Shown: piece by piece, positions 41,730 through 51,691 of the stretch
How the letters are laid out: each line of letters starts with the position of its first letter
Numbering within the stretch: position 1 is the stretch's first letter
Assembly (NCBI GenBank): GCA_021809925.1
Contig: JAJZJV010000001.1
Location: forward strand, 14,138 to 78,137
Length of the DNA stretch: 64,000 nt
From: Candidatus Micrarchaeota archaeon
Lineage (GTDB): Archaea; Micrarchaeota; Micrarchaeia; Micrarchaeales; CABMGC01
Reading direction: 5' to 3'
The notes under the pieces: model-generated
Told to the model about the DNA's origin: nothing
The model's input: only the letters and a program-made list of their open reading frames with translations
Database searches by the model: none
Program-made: the position numbers and the translations under genes

Positions 41730-42428
41730 ATGTATCCAAACGTGCAAGCATATGACAGAGGAGTCATGTTTAATCCTGACGGAAGGCTGTTTCAGGTTGA
41801 GTATGCAAAGGAAGCGGTTAGGAAGTTCGGCGCTACATCTATAGGCATGATCGGTGAGGATTGTGTTGTCTTTGTGGCACACAAAAATATCACAGAACCG
41901 CTAGCTGTACCATCAACAATACAGAAGGTCTTCAGAGTGGACTCTCACATCGGTGCAGCTTACAGCGGAATGGTTGCTGACGGAGTTCATCTTATAGACT
42001 TTGCAAGGCAAGGGGCTCAAAACCACAGGCTTGTCTACGACGACGTTAAATCTGTAGAAGCATTGTCAAAGAATGTTTCTACTTACATGATGCAGGCAAC
42101 CCAATATGGGGGAATGAGGCCCTACGCTATTTCTCTCCTTATAGGCGGAATAGATTCTGAGCCTCGCTTATTCGAGATAGAGCCAGGTGCATCTTTCCTG
42201 GGATACAAGGCTGATGCAATAGGCGCAGGAAAGAAGGTGGCAACAGAGATGCTGATAAAAGAGTACAAGGACAATATGGGCGTGGACGACGCGGTTGCAT
42301 TGGGCGTGAAGATAATTAAAAAGATAAGCGAAGAGAAACTCAATCCACAGAATATGGATATAGGGGTAGTGCAGGACAGCCACGATTTCAAATTGCTCAC
42401 TCAGCAAGAGGTATCCAGCTACTTCTGA
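41730..42428 (+). CDS. psmA: Proteasome alpha subunit
   Basis: YDRGVMFNPDGRLFQVEYA. Confidence 0.97.
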   Translation: MYPNVQAYDRGVMFNPDGRLFQVEYAKEAVRKFGATSIGMIGEDCVVFVAHKNITEPLAVPSTIQKVFRVDSHIGAAYSGMVADGVHLIDFARQGAQNHRLVYDDVKSVEALSKNVSTYMMQATQYGGMRPYAISLLIGGIDSEPRLFEIEPGASFLGYKADAIGAGKKVATEMLIKEYKDNMGVDDAVALGVKIIKKISEEKLNPQNMDIGVVQDSHDFKLLTQQEVSSYF

Positions 42429-42445
42429 ATAGCACAGTGAAGTTC

Positions 42446-43129
42446 ATGTCAAAAGTTGTTGTAGCAAAATACACAGTCAACGGAGAACGCTTCGAGATAT
42501 TTGTAGATTCCGATAGAGCGTACGAGTTCATCACGGGAAAGAGGAAAGACGCATTCTCTGTGCTGGAAAGCGAAGAGATATTTGAGGATGCAAACAAAGG
42601 GAAGCGTCAGAGCCAGGATAAGCTGAAGAAAGCTTTCGATACCACAGACATGATCAAAATAGCAGAGATAATACTGAAGAAGGGAGATGTCCCAATCACA
42701 ACCGAGCAGAGAAACAAGCTTCTTGAGGAAAAGAGAAAACAAGTAATAGACATCATAGCGAGAAATTCGATAGATCCAAGAACCAAAGCTCCCCACACTG
42801 TCCAAAGAATAGATACTGCCCTGCATGAAGCTAAGATAGCGATCGATCCGTTCAAGAATGCAAATGAACAGATCGACCCCATACTTAAAAAGATTAATCT
42901 CGTACTTCCAATAAAATTCTCCACGGTAAGGGCAGAGGTCGACATTCCTCCCGAGTTTGCAAACAGATGCTACAACCTATTAAAACAATATGGCCAAAAA
43001 TCCGAGGAATGGCTTCAGGACGGCTCCTTAAGGGCGAAGCTTGAGTTTCCTGCAGGCCTCAAGGGAGAGTTCCTTGAGCGCATAAACAACCAGACCAAGG
43101 GAAGTGCAGTAGTTAAGTTTATAGAATGA
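42446..43129 (+). CDS. sdo1: Ribosome maturation factor SBDS/Sdo1
   Basis: GERFEI, ITTEQR, DPRTKAPH. Confidence 0.95.
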   Translation: MSKVVVAKYTVNGERFEIFVDSDRAYEFITGKRKDAFSVLESEEIFEDANKGKRQSQDKLKKAFDTTDMIKIAEIILKKGDVPITTEQRNKLLEEKRKQVIDIIARNSIDPRTKAPHTVQRIDTALHEAKIAIDPFKNANEQIDPILKKINLVLPIKFSTVRAEVDIPPEFANRCYNLLKQYGQKSEEWLQDGSLRAKLEFPAGLKGEFLERINNQTKGSAVVKFIE

Positions 43130-43145
43130 ATAACGGTGTAATAAA

Positions 43146-43745
43146 ATGCAAAGGATAGTGGTTCCCGGAGAGCGGCTTGAAGAGAAGCCCGTTCATCTGG
43201 AAAATACAATAATACATGAGAACAATACATACTCTACAGTGATGGGGATTTATGACAATGAAAAGAGAAATCTTGTCCCACTGGAAGGTATCTGGTACCC
43301 GCACCACGGCGACGAGGTCATTGGTGTTGTGGAGGAGGAGAAGCTAAATGTCTTCACCGTGAATCTTCACTCAACCTACAAGGGAATAATCCTAGTGAAG
43401 TACTCTGAAGGAGACATCGCTCCTGGAGACGTCATAGAAGCATCTGTAAAAGAGCTTGACAAGACAAAGACTGTCGTTTTAGTAAGGCCCAGAAAGCTCG
43501 GCGGCGGAAAGATCCTTGCAATAAAACCAACAAAGATCCCAAGGATACTCGGCAAAGGGGATTCAATGATAACGCAATTGACTGAGGGAACAAAGACCTT
43601 CATAAAGATAGGCATGAACGGAGTCCTCTGGATGCGAGGCGGTGATCTTGATCTTGCAACAAAGGTAATACTTAGAATAGAAGAGGAGGCCCACACAACC
43701 GGCCTCACTGAAAGAATCAAGATGATGTTAGAAAAGAGTGTGTAA
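43146..43745 (+). CDS. rrp4: Exosome subunit Rrp4
   Basis: IVVPGE, S1 plus KH, IGMNG, AHTTGLTERI. Confidence 0.92.
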   Translation: MQRIVVPGERLEEKPVHLENTIIHENNTYSTVMGIYDNEKRNLVPLEGIWYPHHGDEVIGVVEEEKLNVFTVNLHSTYKGIILVKYSEGDIAPGDVIEASVKELDKTKTVVLVRPRKLGGGKILAIKPTKIPRILGKGDSMITQLTEGTKTFIKIGMNGVLWMRGGDLDLATKVILRIEEEAHTTGLTERIKMMLEKSV

Positions 43746-43746
43746 A

Positions 43747-44484
43747 ATGGCAGAAAAACCAGAGCTAATTATAAATGGAAAGAGAAACGACGGGAGGTCG
43801 AGCGGAGACCTCAGGCCAATCAAAATAGAATCAAATGTAATAAAGAACGCAAGCGGGTCTGCTTATATCGAATGGGGAAAGAATAAGATTATAGCTGCAG
43901 TTTATGGTCCAAGGGAAGCTCTCCCTAAGCACACTGCAGATCCGGAAAAGGCAGTCATAAAATGCAGGTACTCAATGGCACCATTCTCCTCGTTAGAAGA
44001 GCATGGGAGGTCGGGACCAAACAGAAGGGCAATAGAAATATCAAAAGTAACAAAGGAAGTTTTCGAGAATGTTGTCATGCTTCAGGACTTTCCAGGCAGT
44101 GAGATAAATATCTACATAGAGGTACTTCAAAGCGATGGCGGCACAAGGGCCGCAGGAATAACTGCTGCTGCAGTTGCAATGGCTTCTTCAGGGATACCAA
44201 TGACAGATCTTCCATACGCTGTATCTGCAGGCAAGGTTGGTACTGAAGTGATCCTCGATCTCGATAAGCTTGAAGATAATTATTCGGATGCAGATATGCC
44301 AATGGCCATAGCTCCAATACAGAACAAGATCCTCCTTCTTCAGATGGATGGCACGCTGAGCAGGGAAGAGATCAAGAGAGCAGTATCAATGATACTTAAG
44401 GCAGGAGAAGCCATATCAAAACTGCAGATTGCTGCTCTCAAGAAGCCTTATGAAGAAATATCTGAAAGGTACGCAAAAGAATAA
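43747..44484 (+). CDS. rrp41: Exosome exonuclease Rrp41
   Basis: RNDGR, GSAYIEWG, YSMAPFS, DGGTR, DADMP. Confidence 0.96.
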   Translation: MAEKPELIINGKRNDGRSSGDLRPIKIESNVIKNASGSAYIEWGKNKIIAAVYGPREALPKHTADPEKAVIKCRYSMAPFSSLEEHGRSGPNRRAIEISKVTKEVFENVVMLQDFPGSEINIYIEVLQSDGGTRAAGITAAAVAMASSGIPMTDLPYAVSAGKVGTEVILDLDKLEDNYSDADMPMAIAPIQNKILLLQMDGTLSREEIKRAVSMILKAGEAISKLQIAALKKPYEEISERYAKE

Positions 44485-44487
44485 CGG

Positions 44488-45282
44488 ATGATCAATATGC
44501 AAATGGGATCAATACTGGAAGAATATATATTAGATACAATACGAAAAGGCCAAAGGGACGATGGCAGAAGCTTCAACGCTTACAGAGATATCTCAATAAA
44601 GAGCTCACCACTGCAGAACACAGAGGGTTCTGCAGATGTACTCATAGGAAATACGAGAGTCTTGGCAGGGATAAAAATAGCTCTTGATGAGCCAATGTCA
44701 GACAAGCCTGAAGACGGAAACATAATCACATCTGCGGAGCTTCTTCCTATAGCATCAGAAAAATTTGAACCAGGGCCTCCGACACCAGAGGCTATAGAGT
44801 TGGCAAGGGTCATAGACCGCGGGATACGGGCAGCAAACATGATCGATACAAAATCCCTTTTCATAGAGAAAGGAAAGGTGTGGAGCGTATTTATAGATAT
44901 ATATGTACTAAATTATGATGGCAATATGTTTGATGCAGGCACGATCGCAGCGGCTTCAGCCCTCTTCTCAACACGACTCCCTAAGCTTGAAGGCGAAGAC
45001 GTGATAAGGGAGGGCAATCTGGAAAGGCTAAAGCCATCAAACCTTGTGACGTCATGCACTTTCGGAAAGATTGCAGATAAGATACTCCTTGACATGACTG
45101 CGCCAGAGGAGATGTTCTCAAAAGCGAGGCTCACAATAGCGAATGATGAGAATGTCGTCAGGGCAATGCAAAAGGGCCTTGGCGGATCGTTCAGCACAAG
45201 CGAGCTTGATCAGATGATTGATCTTTCTTTTGAAAAGGGAAAAGAAGTTAGGAATATTATCAAAAAAGCAACAGGTGAATGA
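44488..45282 (+). CDS. rrp42: Exosome subunit Rrp42
   Basis: RDDGR, FEPGPP, ELARVIDRGIR, YDGN. Confidence 0.95.
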   Translation: MINMQMGSILEEYILDTIRKGQRDDGRSFNAYRDISIKSSPLQNTEGSADVLIGNTRVLAGIKIALDEPMSDKPEDGNIITSAELLPIASEKFEPGPPTPEAIELARVIDRGIRAANMIDTKSLFIEKGKVWSVFIDIYVLNYDGNMFDAGTIAAASALFSTRLPKLEGEDVIREGNLERLKPSNLVTSCTFGKIADKILLDMTAPEEMFSKARLTIANDENVVRAMQKGLGGSFSTSELDQMIDLSFEKGKEVRNIIKKATGE

Positions 45283-45283
45283 T

Positions 45284-45523
45284 TTGTCTAGCTTTAGTAT
45301 AAGATCCGGAGTCAGTTTGAGAAAGAGATATCGGGCAGTTCTAGAACAGAAAAGAGCAAAATACAAATGCGATATCTGCGGCAAGGAAGCCGTAAAGAGA
45401 GAAAGCACAGCGATATGGAAATGCAGGTATTGCGGAGCCACATTCGCTGGTGGAGCATACACTCTAAAGACTGCTGCTGGAGAAATGGCAAACAGAGCCA
45501 TAAACAGGGCAAGAGGAGAATGA
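45284..45523 (+). CDS. rpl37ae: Ribosomal protein L37Ae (eL43)
   Basis: CDICG...IWKCRYCGATFAGGAY; TTG start after GGTGA. Confidence 0.93.
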   Translation: MSSFSIRSGVSLRKRYRAVLEQKRAKYKCDICGKEAVKRESTAIWKCRYCGATFAGGAYTLKTAAGEMANRAINRARGE

Positions 45524-45888
45524 CTAAGATATCCTTTACACCTATTCAGGAACTCGTCATACACGAAGTCGTGGAAGTCTCCAACGACGACCTGCTCAGG
45601 GAACGAGTAACTCCTGCTGGCACCATGCCTCTCTATTGGTGCAAGGGTATACTCTTCAGTTTCTCATCACTTCCACTCAATGACGAAGTTGTGAGAGATT
45701 ATATGAAAGGAAAGATCCATTGGATGGAGGTTCATTTCTCAAAAATGGAAAGATACCAGGAAGTGCTAAGGATAGATGATGAGGAATATAAATCAACTAT
45801 GAATGTCCGTGTCATAAACACCGATGGTTCAAAGGTTCATATGGACTTTGTTGAATGGTTAAATATTAATGTTAAAACAAAGAAATAA
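45520..45888 (+). CDS. Conserved-looking hypothetical protein
   Basis: ATGA overlap with rpl37ae; ELVIHE, LYWCKG. Confidence 0.7.
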   Translation: MTKISFTPIQELVIHEVVEVSNDDLLRERVTPAGTMPLYWCKGILFSFSSLPLNDEVVRDYMKGKIHWMEVHFSKMERYQEVLRIDDEEYKSTMNVRVINTDGSKVHMDFVEWLNINVKTKK

Positions 45889-45898
45889 GGTAAGGACT

Positions 45899-46030
45899 AT
45901 GGCTTATATATGCATACATTGTGGAAGAGAGATTAAAAACCTCGAGAAATTTGTACGATGTCAATACTGTGGCTATCGCGTTCTCGCAAAAAGGAGGTCC
46001 TCACTCGCAAAGGACGTAACAACAGATTAA
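45899..46030 (+). CDS. rpoP: RNA polymerase subunit Rpo12 (P)
   Basis: MAYICIHCGREIKNLEKFVRCQYCGYRVLAKRR...; below the ORF-track cutoff. Confidence 0.92.
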   Translation: MAYICIHCGREIKNLEKFVRCQYCGYRVLAKRRSSLAKDVTTD

Positions 46031-46036
46031 CTTGCA

Positions 46037-46273
46037 TTATTTGTTGCTTACGACTATATTCTCCGAAACACTTTTTACTCTTTTGTACTCTATGCTGTTA
46101 TTTGCAATCTCTCCCCTTATATCATCAACCTTATTTATTTGGTCTATGCTCTTGAGAAGAAGCCTTGAGACAGATCCGTCCTCAAAATTCAGCACAACTC
46201 CTCTCACTTCTCCGAGTATCTTCCCAGAAGTCGATATTATCCCCTTTCCATAAAGCTCAGAAACCAAGGCCAT
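46037..46273 (-). CDS. PRC-barrel protein
   Basis: SELYGKGIISTSGKILGEV...VKSVSENIVV. Confidence 0.85.
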   Translation of the reverse strand: MALVSELYGKGIISTSGKILGEVRGVVLNFEDGSVSRLLLKSIDQINKVDDIRGEIANNSIEYKRVKSVSENIVVSNK

Positions 46274-46825
46274 TCAATCACCAATTCTTATTCTCTTTAT
46301 TTTCTTGGACGCGAAGATTCTTATTATGTATTCCTGCAGAAGGGATATGAAGGCATCTTCATTTACACTGAATTCTTCAAGGTCTTTACCATCAAAAAGG
46401 TGCTTGTTTGAGTTGACCAAAACCTTCATATACTCGTCGCTCATTGAATAAAACTCTTCTCCGCAAGACTCGCACTTCCATGCAGGCACTATCGGAACTT
46501 CATTTATCTCTTCTGGCTTCAATCTATCAAGTTTCCTAAACAGCCTCTTACTGCAAGAGGAGCATGATGCATTTACTGCAATCTCTTTGTAATCACCTAC
46601 ATCCTCGATCTCTAGATCTCCAATACCAAGATATCTCCGCAAAACGTCCTCAACACCATGTTCTCTTACTCTGAACTGGTTTGCGACATCTCCGTTCTTT
46701 TTGAACTCTGTTATAAGTGCGCCGTATTTAGTCTGCTCTCCAAGGGAGAAAAACTCCTTGCCTTCTCTTACATACCGGCTGCTCTTCTCTCTGCCGTCAT
46801 TGCTCCTGTATATGTGAACATCCAT
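46274..46825 (-). CDS. Hypothetical protein with zinc ribbon
   Basis: CSSC and WKCESCGEEFY. Confidence 0.6.
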   Translation of the reverse strand: MDVHIYRSNDGREKSSRYVREGKEFFSLGEQTKYGALITEFKKNGDVANQFRVREHGVEDVLRRYLGIGDLEIEDVGDYKEIAVNASCSSCSKRLFRKLDRLKPEEINEVPIVPAWKCESCGEEFYSMSDEYMKVLVNSNKHLFDGKDLEEFSVNEDAFISLLQEYIIRIFASKKIKRIRIGD

Positions 46826-46829
46826 AAAA

Positions 46830-47042
46830 TTAGTTCTCCTTAGAGTATATATACTCCTGTATGTCTTTTTTTGTTACTGTGGCCCTCTTATTCTTCTTTG
46901 CGTTGTTTACTGCAAAATCAGCCATCTTTTTCGCTTCCTCTTCCAGTATCGCAGCCATCTCCTCAGCCCCGCTCTCTGTTATGTTAGCCTCAAAATATTT
47001 CTTAACCAGTTTCTTTATTGCAGGTTTTGGTATTCTGGCCAT
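46830..47042 (-). CDS. Archaeal histone
   Basis: IPKPAIKKL...A..NAKKNKRATVTKKDI histone fold. Confidence 0.85.
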   Translation of the reverse strand: MARIPKPAIKKLVKKYFEANITESGAEEMAAILEEEAKKMADFAVNNAKKNKRATVTKKDIQEYIYSKEN

Positions 47043-47043
47043 T

Positions 47044-47098
47044 TTATCAGCACTCAAGATCCTCATCATAAGGTCAGGAATCTAAGCTCATCATCAAA
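47044..47098 (-). ncRNA. Box C/D guide sRNA
   Basis: ATGATGA (C) - GCTTAGATTC - CTGA (D') - CCTT - ATGATGA (C') - GGATCTTGAGTG - CTGA (D); all four boxes consensus. Confidence 0.88.
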
Positions 47099-47139
47099 GA
47101 TATAGGAACTTGACAAATTAAATACTTTCACATCCATCT

Positions 47140-48257
47140 GCTCTGTCCAACAAATAGGCAGAATTAGATATGCCATATCCTAGGCCTTCGTAAGAGAGTT
47201 ACATCATATAAACTTATTCAACAATTGTCTTTATTACAATTTCCTTTTCTACGTTCTTCCTTTTCCTTGAGAATACATATTCTCTGAACTGCCTCTTAAA
47301 AAGCGAGTAGAAGCCTTCAATCGCACACGTGCTGCTATGATGAGTCCTCTTTCTCTACTCGTTCTGCATTTCGCTCTTCTTCTGGCTACTCCTATTACAT
47401 AACCAATTCGGAGTCCTGCCGCAACGCATTTTCCGATATACTCCAAATTGTTCTCTGACTGCATCAGACCCCAGCCCCAAACCTCTCAACGAAGCGTTAG
47501 ACTTGACAGGTATGCCTGCTTTCAGACCATGCCTTTCGCAATATTCAAGGATAACATTTGTATCATACGCACCGTCGGCATCAACCTTGCCCGTTATTTC
47601 AACAACAGGACTTAACAGAGAGGTAAACTCCATGCAGCCACCAACATTATCCTTAGTAACAATAAATGTTAGCGCCTCGTTTGTTTCTTCGTTGATTGTG
47701 GTACGAAAGTTTGCCCACGACTTTGTCTTTATATTTCTCTGTGCGGCACTCACTGTCATTTACGAGTCTGATCTTAGTAGGATCCATTGCAATCGCGATC
47801 TTATTCCCATTGGATGGAAAGCTGAACTTCACACCATCCCTCTTCATCTTATTAACAACGTGAGCGGGAAATCCCACACCATTTATGGGTGGGAGGATGT
47901 CACTTCTACACCAAAAAGCCCCGAACTTTGGGATCTCGATACTCAGAAACTCTGAAAGGTCTTCCATATATACTTCGAGCTGCCCGTATCCCTTGTGATG
48001 CAGGTATTTTATCACGATGTTTGCATATATCAAGAGATTGAGGCATCTATATTGTCGCCCAGCTTATTCTTATTCATTCGGTCTAACTCTTCACCAAGGC
48101 CTCTTTCTTGATCGATAAACAACGCCATTTCCTTTACGCGATCTACCTCGCTGGTCATATGCTCTCCAGTATCTATTATAGCTCTGCATTTGTCGCAAAA
48201 ACAAAATGCATCTAGAGGTTAATAACCTCCAGGAGTATTGGATTTGTTGGACACAGC
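47140..48257 (-). mobile_element. Decayed IS5-family (IS903-like) element with pseudogenised transposase
   Basis: TIRs GCTCTGTCCAACAAAT and ATTTGTTGGACACAGC; degenerate 8-bp flanks ATCCATCT and ATACATGT; fragments EELDRMNKNK, AMDPT, ADGAYDT, RVEAF. Confidence 0.85.
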
Positions 48258-48340
48258 ATACATGTGCCAAGATGTTTATACGTACCCTATTATAAAAGTT
48301 CTTGGTCAATTATATAATATACTTACGCTTTGGTGGTTAA

Positions 48341-48655
48341 ATGATAGAGCTAACTAAAGAAAATTTCGAGAAAGAGGTTCTTCAGTCTAAGGTTCCTGTT
48401 GTTGTGGATTTCTGGGCAACATGGTGTGGTCCATGCAGAATATTCTCTCCCATAATAGAAGATGTCTCAAAGGAATATGCTGGAAAGATAAAATTCGCAA
48501 AACTAGATGTCGACTCTGCACAAGAGATAGCTTCAAAGTATAATATAATGAGCATACCTACTGTGTTGTTGTTTACTGAAGGAAAGACAAAGGCCATGAG
48601 CGTTGGAGCCATACCAAAAGAAAGCCTCAAATCCTGGATAAACAAGAACCTGTAA
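48341..48655 (+). CDS. trxA: Thioredoxin
   Basis: DFWATWCGPC, SIPT. Confidence 0.97.
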   Translation: MIELTKENFEKEVLQSKVPVVVDFWATWCGPCRIFSPIIEDVSKEYAGKIKFAKLDVDSAQEIASKYNIMSIPTVLLFTEGKTKAMSVGAIPKESLKSWINKNL

Positions 48656-48664
48656 GATGGTAAG

Positions 48665-49930
48665 ATGCCTTTTAATCTGCCGCGAGGAGTCAGAGACTAT
48701 GGTCCATCCGAAGCAATAGCTTTGCATGAGACAATCTCTGTTGTAGAGGAGATATTCAAGCGTTTTGGTTTCTACCCTATAATGACGCCAGCACTAGAAT
48801 CCATAGAAACCCTTAACTCAAAAGTATATGGAGAAGAGTCAACTAAAGAAATATTCCTTCTTCAGGATGGAGAATCTGGATTGAGATTCGATCTTACGGT
48901 TCCTCTTGCGAGATTTGTTGCCGGAAGGAAAGATCTGCCTCTCCCTTTCAAAAGATATCAGATAGACAGGGCGTGGAGGAAGGACGAGCCGCAGCACATG
49001 CGATTCAGGGAATTTATTCAGGCAGATATAGATATAATCGGGGCAAGTGAGACAAAGAGTGACGCCGAAGTCATAGCAGCAACCGCAAAGGCTCTCGAAG
49101 CGCTTGGAATCGATTACACAATTTTCATAAATCATCGCGTTCTGCTCTCATCAATCCTTGATTTTTTCAAGATTCCAGCATCAAAGCACCCTACTGTGAT
49201 GAGGATACTGGATAAAATGGCCAAGATCCAGCATGAGGAACTGATAAGCCAGATGGCCTCAGCAGGGATAGCTCTCAGGCTCGCAGAGGATCTTTTCATG
49301 TTTCTTACTGAGAAGAAAACAAACAGTGATCTTCTTGGAAAGATCTCCGGAAGCCTTGGCGGTGAGACTCCTGAGCTCAGAGCAATCAGCGAACTCTTAG
49401 AGATCCTCATGCAATACGGACTCAGGGGAAAGATTGAGATAGACCTTTCTCTAGCGCGGGGCCTCGATTACTACACCGGCTTCATATATGAATTTGTATC
49501 GTTCCACGAGGGAAAACGCCTTCCAACAATCGCCTCTGGGGGAAGATATGATAACCTAATAGGAGCATTTTCCAAAGCTTCCCTGCCTGCTGTGGGATGC
49601 AGCGTTGGGATAAGCCGAGTAGTCGATCTAATTAATAGTGGAAGCAGGAAAACAGCAGCAAACATATTTGTTGCATATATCGCAGAAGAAGATTTCCCTT
49701 ATGCTCTTGAAGTCGCAAATTCCCTAAGGGAAAGCGGCAAGTATGTTGACATGAACCTTCACAAGAGAAGCATCTCTAAGCAGCTCGAGTATGTGAACGC
49801 TCTTGGGATAAAGTATGTTGCAATAATCGGCAAGATAGAAAGGGAGGCCGGCAAGGTCAAGCTTAGGAATATGCTCAGCGGAGAAGAGGAATTGGTCGCA
49901 GTTGCTGATATTAATAAGAAAGTGAGATGA
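48665..49930 (+). CDS. hisS: Histidine--tRNA ligase
   Basis: PRGVRD, LRFDLTVP, REFIQAD, RGLDYYTG, GGRYD. Confidence 0.97.
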   Translation: MPFNLPRGVRDYGPSEAIALHETISVVEEIFKRFGFYPIMTPALESIETLNSKVYGEESTKEIFLLQDGESGLRFDLTVPLARFVAGRKDLPLPFKRYQIDRAWRKDEPQHMRFREFIQADIDIIGASETKSDAEVIAATAKALEALGIDYTIFINHRVLLSSILDFFKIPASKHPTVMRILDKMAKIQHEELISQMASAGIALRLAEDLFMFLTEKKTNSDLLGKISGSLGGETPELRAISELLEILMQYGLRGKIEIDLSLARGLDYYTGFIYEFVSFHEGKRLPTIASGGRYDNLIGAFSKASLPAVGCSVGISRVVDLINSGSRKTAANIFVAYIAEEDFPYALEVANSLRESGKYVDMNLHKRSISKQLEYVNALGIKYVAIIGKIEREAGKVKLRNMLSGEEELVAVADINKKVR

Positions 49931-49934
49931 AAAC

Positions 49935-50435
49935 ATGGTTTCAGACGTGGAAGAAATTACAGAAAAGACAATATCTAAAGGTGGAATATTGGCAAAGCTT
50001 TATTTTGATATGCAGGGTGAAAAAGGCGAGGAGCTGCAGCCGCTCATGGCTGATCTGATAAATAACCGGCTCCTGAAGTCTCCTGGAGTTGTCTATTGTT
50101 TTGGCAGCATAGAAGAACCGATAATGATAGAAGGTTATTTCTCAACAAGTGCAGCAATAACGACTCTTTTCAAGGATCTAGGGGCCGCGATAAATGTTGT
50201 CTTCAATTTTGCGCCGATAGGGATAGAAGTACTGAAGCCTTCTGGGGAATACTCTGTAAAGACCAGCAATCTACAATCAATACTGATAGATCTATCCAAC
50301 ATATCTACAAACTACTCCACATACATAATGAACAACGTCCTGAGCCCTGACGAGAAAACCAGGCTCGAAGAAGAGGTGAAGAGGAGGAAAGCCTTGGGAA
50401 ACCACATGCTCGACAAGCATGGAAAGGAGAGTTGA
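49935..50435 (+). CDS. Hypothetical protein
   Basis: Co-oriented with hisS; FAPIGIEVLKP motif. Confidence 0.7.
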   Translation: MVSDVEEITEKTISKGGILAKLYFDMQGEKGEELQPLMADLINNRLLKSPGVVYCFGSIEEPIMIEGYFSTSAAITTLFKDLGAAINVVFNFAPIGIEVLKPSGEYSVKTSNLQSILIDLSNISTNYSTYIMNNVLSPDEKTRLEEEVKRRKALGNHMLDKHGKES

Positions 50436-50472
50436 TACACCCCAGCTTATTGTGCAACAGCACAATGTCTCA

Positions 50473-51567
50473 TCATGCGCTTCTAAGCAAAGCTCTCTTT
50501 ATCATCAGGCTTGGCCTGTCCATATCTCCATATTTTCCAAGGAAAGAATCTACTCCAAGCCATCGCATACACTTCAGCCCTATTCCTATGCTCCTATTCC
50601 CAATCCTGGAGTAAAGACTATTTATGACTTTATGGAGAGCCATATCAAGCCCGTATTCCTTAACGAATCTTTTTTCGTAACTTGCCAGACTGGTCCCATC
50701 CTCAATATGTCTTTGGATCTCTTCTGCTGCAATTATCGCAGCGTTGCTCCCGAATATGATCCCGCCTCCTGTTGAGGCCTTTACCTGTCCTGCCGAATCC
50801 CCTACCAAAAGTACCTCTGCCACGTTATCAACTACCTGTTCTCTCCTGGATATTGGGATCATACTTGCTCCGCCATCAATCATCCTGGCCCCATCTATTA
50901 TCTTAGTGATCTCCTTTGTTTTGATGAATCTTTCAAACGCCTTCTTCGCATTGCCTTTTTTAGAATCTATGCCAACCCCCACTTCTAAAATATCCTCTGA
51001 GTTTGGACATAGCCATCCGAACAGTCCTGGGGTTGTCTCCCTATCAAAAAAGAGATCAACAACACCCCCTCTTCCTCCAACATTGAACTCTGCTTTATAT
51101 GTTAGCACATACCTCCCAATCGATCCCATCCCAAAATGCGCAGCAACAGAAGAGAAAGCCCCATCAGCGCCAAGTATTATGCTTGAAGCATGCAATACAT
51201 CAAGTTCTGTTCCAGTGACTCTTTTTCCGAGATTCATTCGCACGCCTTCACGCACAGCCTCTTCTATGCAAATCTCATTCAACTCCTTTCTGTCCAAAAC
51301 GCACGCTTTCGCTTCTTTTGATCGTATCTCAATATTCTCACCCCCTGCATGTATATTGGCTCCATATAATCTATTGGTGGATGCTTTATGATAATCAACA
51401 TCCAATGTCTTAAGCCCAGAGAGCGAGAGTATTCCAGAAGCATGTATTTGCGATCCAGGAACTGATTTTTGATCATAAATACTAACTTTGATATCCTTTC
51501 TGCAAAGCTCTCTTGCCGCAATCAGCCCAGCAGTGCCAGCCCCTATTACAGATACAGTGCTCTTCAT
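50473..51567 (-). CDS. Geranylgeranyl reductase-family flavoprotein
   Basis: IGAGTAG, GADG, FGWLCP, VGDSAGQVKASTGGGI. Confidence 0.9.
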   Translation of the reverse strand: MKSTVSVIGAGTAGLIAARELCRKDIKVSIYDQKSVPGSQIHASGILSLSGLKTLDVDYHKASTNRLYGANIHAGGENIEIRSKEAKACVLDRKELNEICIEEAVREGVRMNLGKRVTGTELDVLHASSIILGADGAFSSVAAHFGMGSIGRYVLTYKAEFNVGGRGGVVDLFFDRETTPGLFGWLCPNSEDILEVGVGIDSKKGNAKKAFERFIKTKEITKIIDGARMIDGGASMIPISRREQVVDNVAEVLLVGDSAGQVKASTGGGIIFGSNAAIIAAEEIQRHIEDGTSLASYEKRFVKEYGLDMALHKVINSLYSRIGNRSIGIGLKCMRWLGVDSFLGKYGDMDRPSLMIKRALLRSA

Positions 51568-51691
51568 GCCGATCTTTTTATAATTTTATAATGTTATAAT
51601 CATCTGTCAAGAAAGGCTATATACATGATTATGCATCATTGCATGTATCTGGAATAGCACAGATTTCTGTTTAACAATGGTGTATGGCTCA

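Noticed and set aside
47182..48102. AGGCCTT-based inverted match as IS ends
   Set aside because: The second copy lies inside transposase coding sequence; better TIRs are at 47140 and 48257
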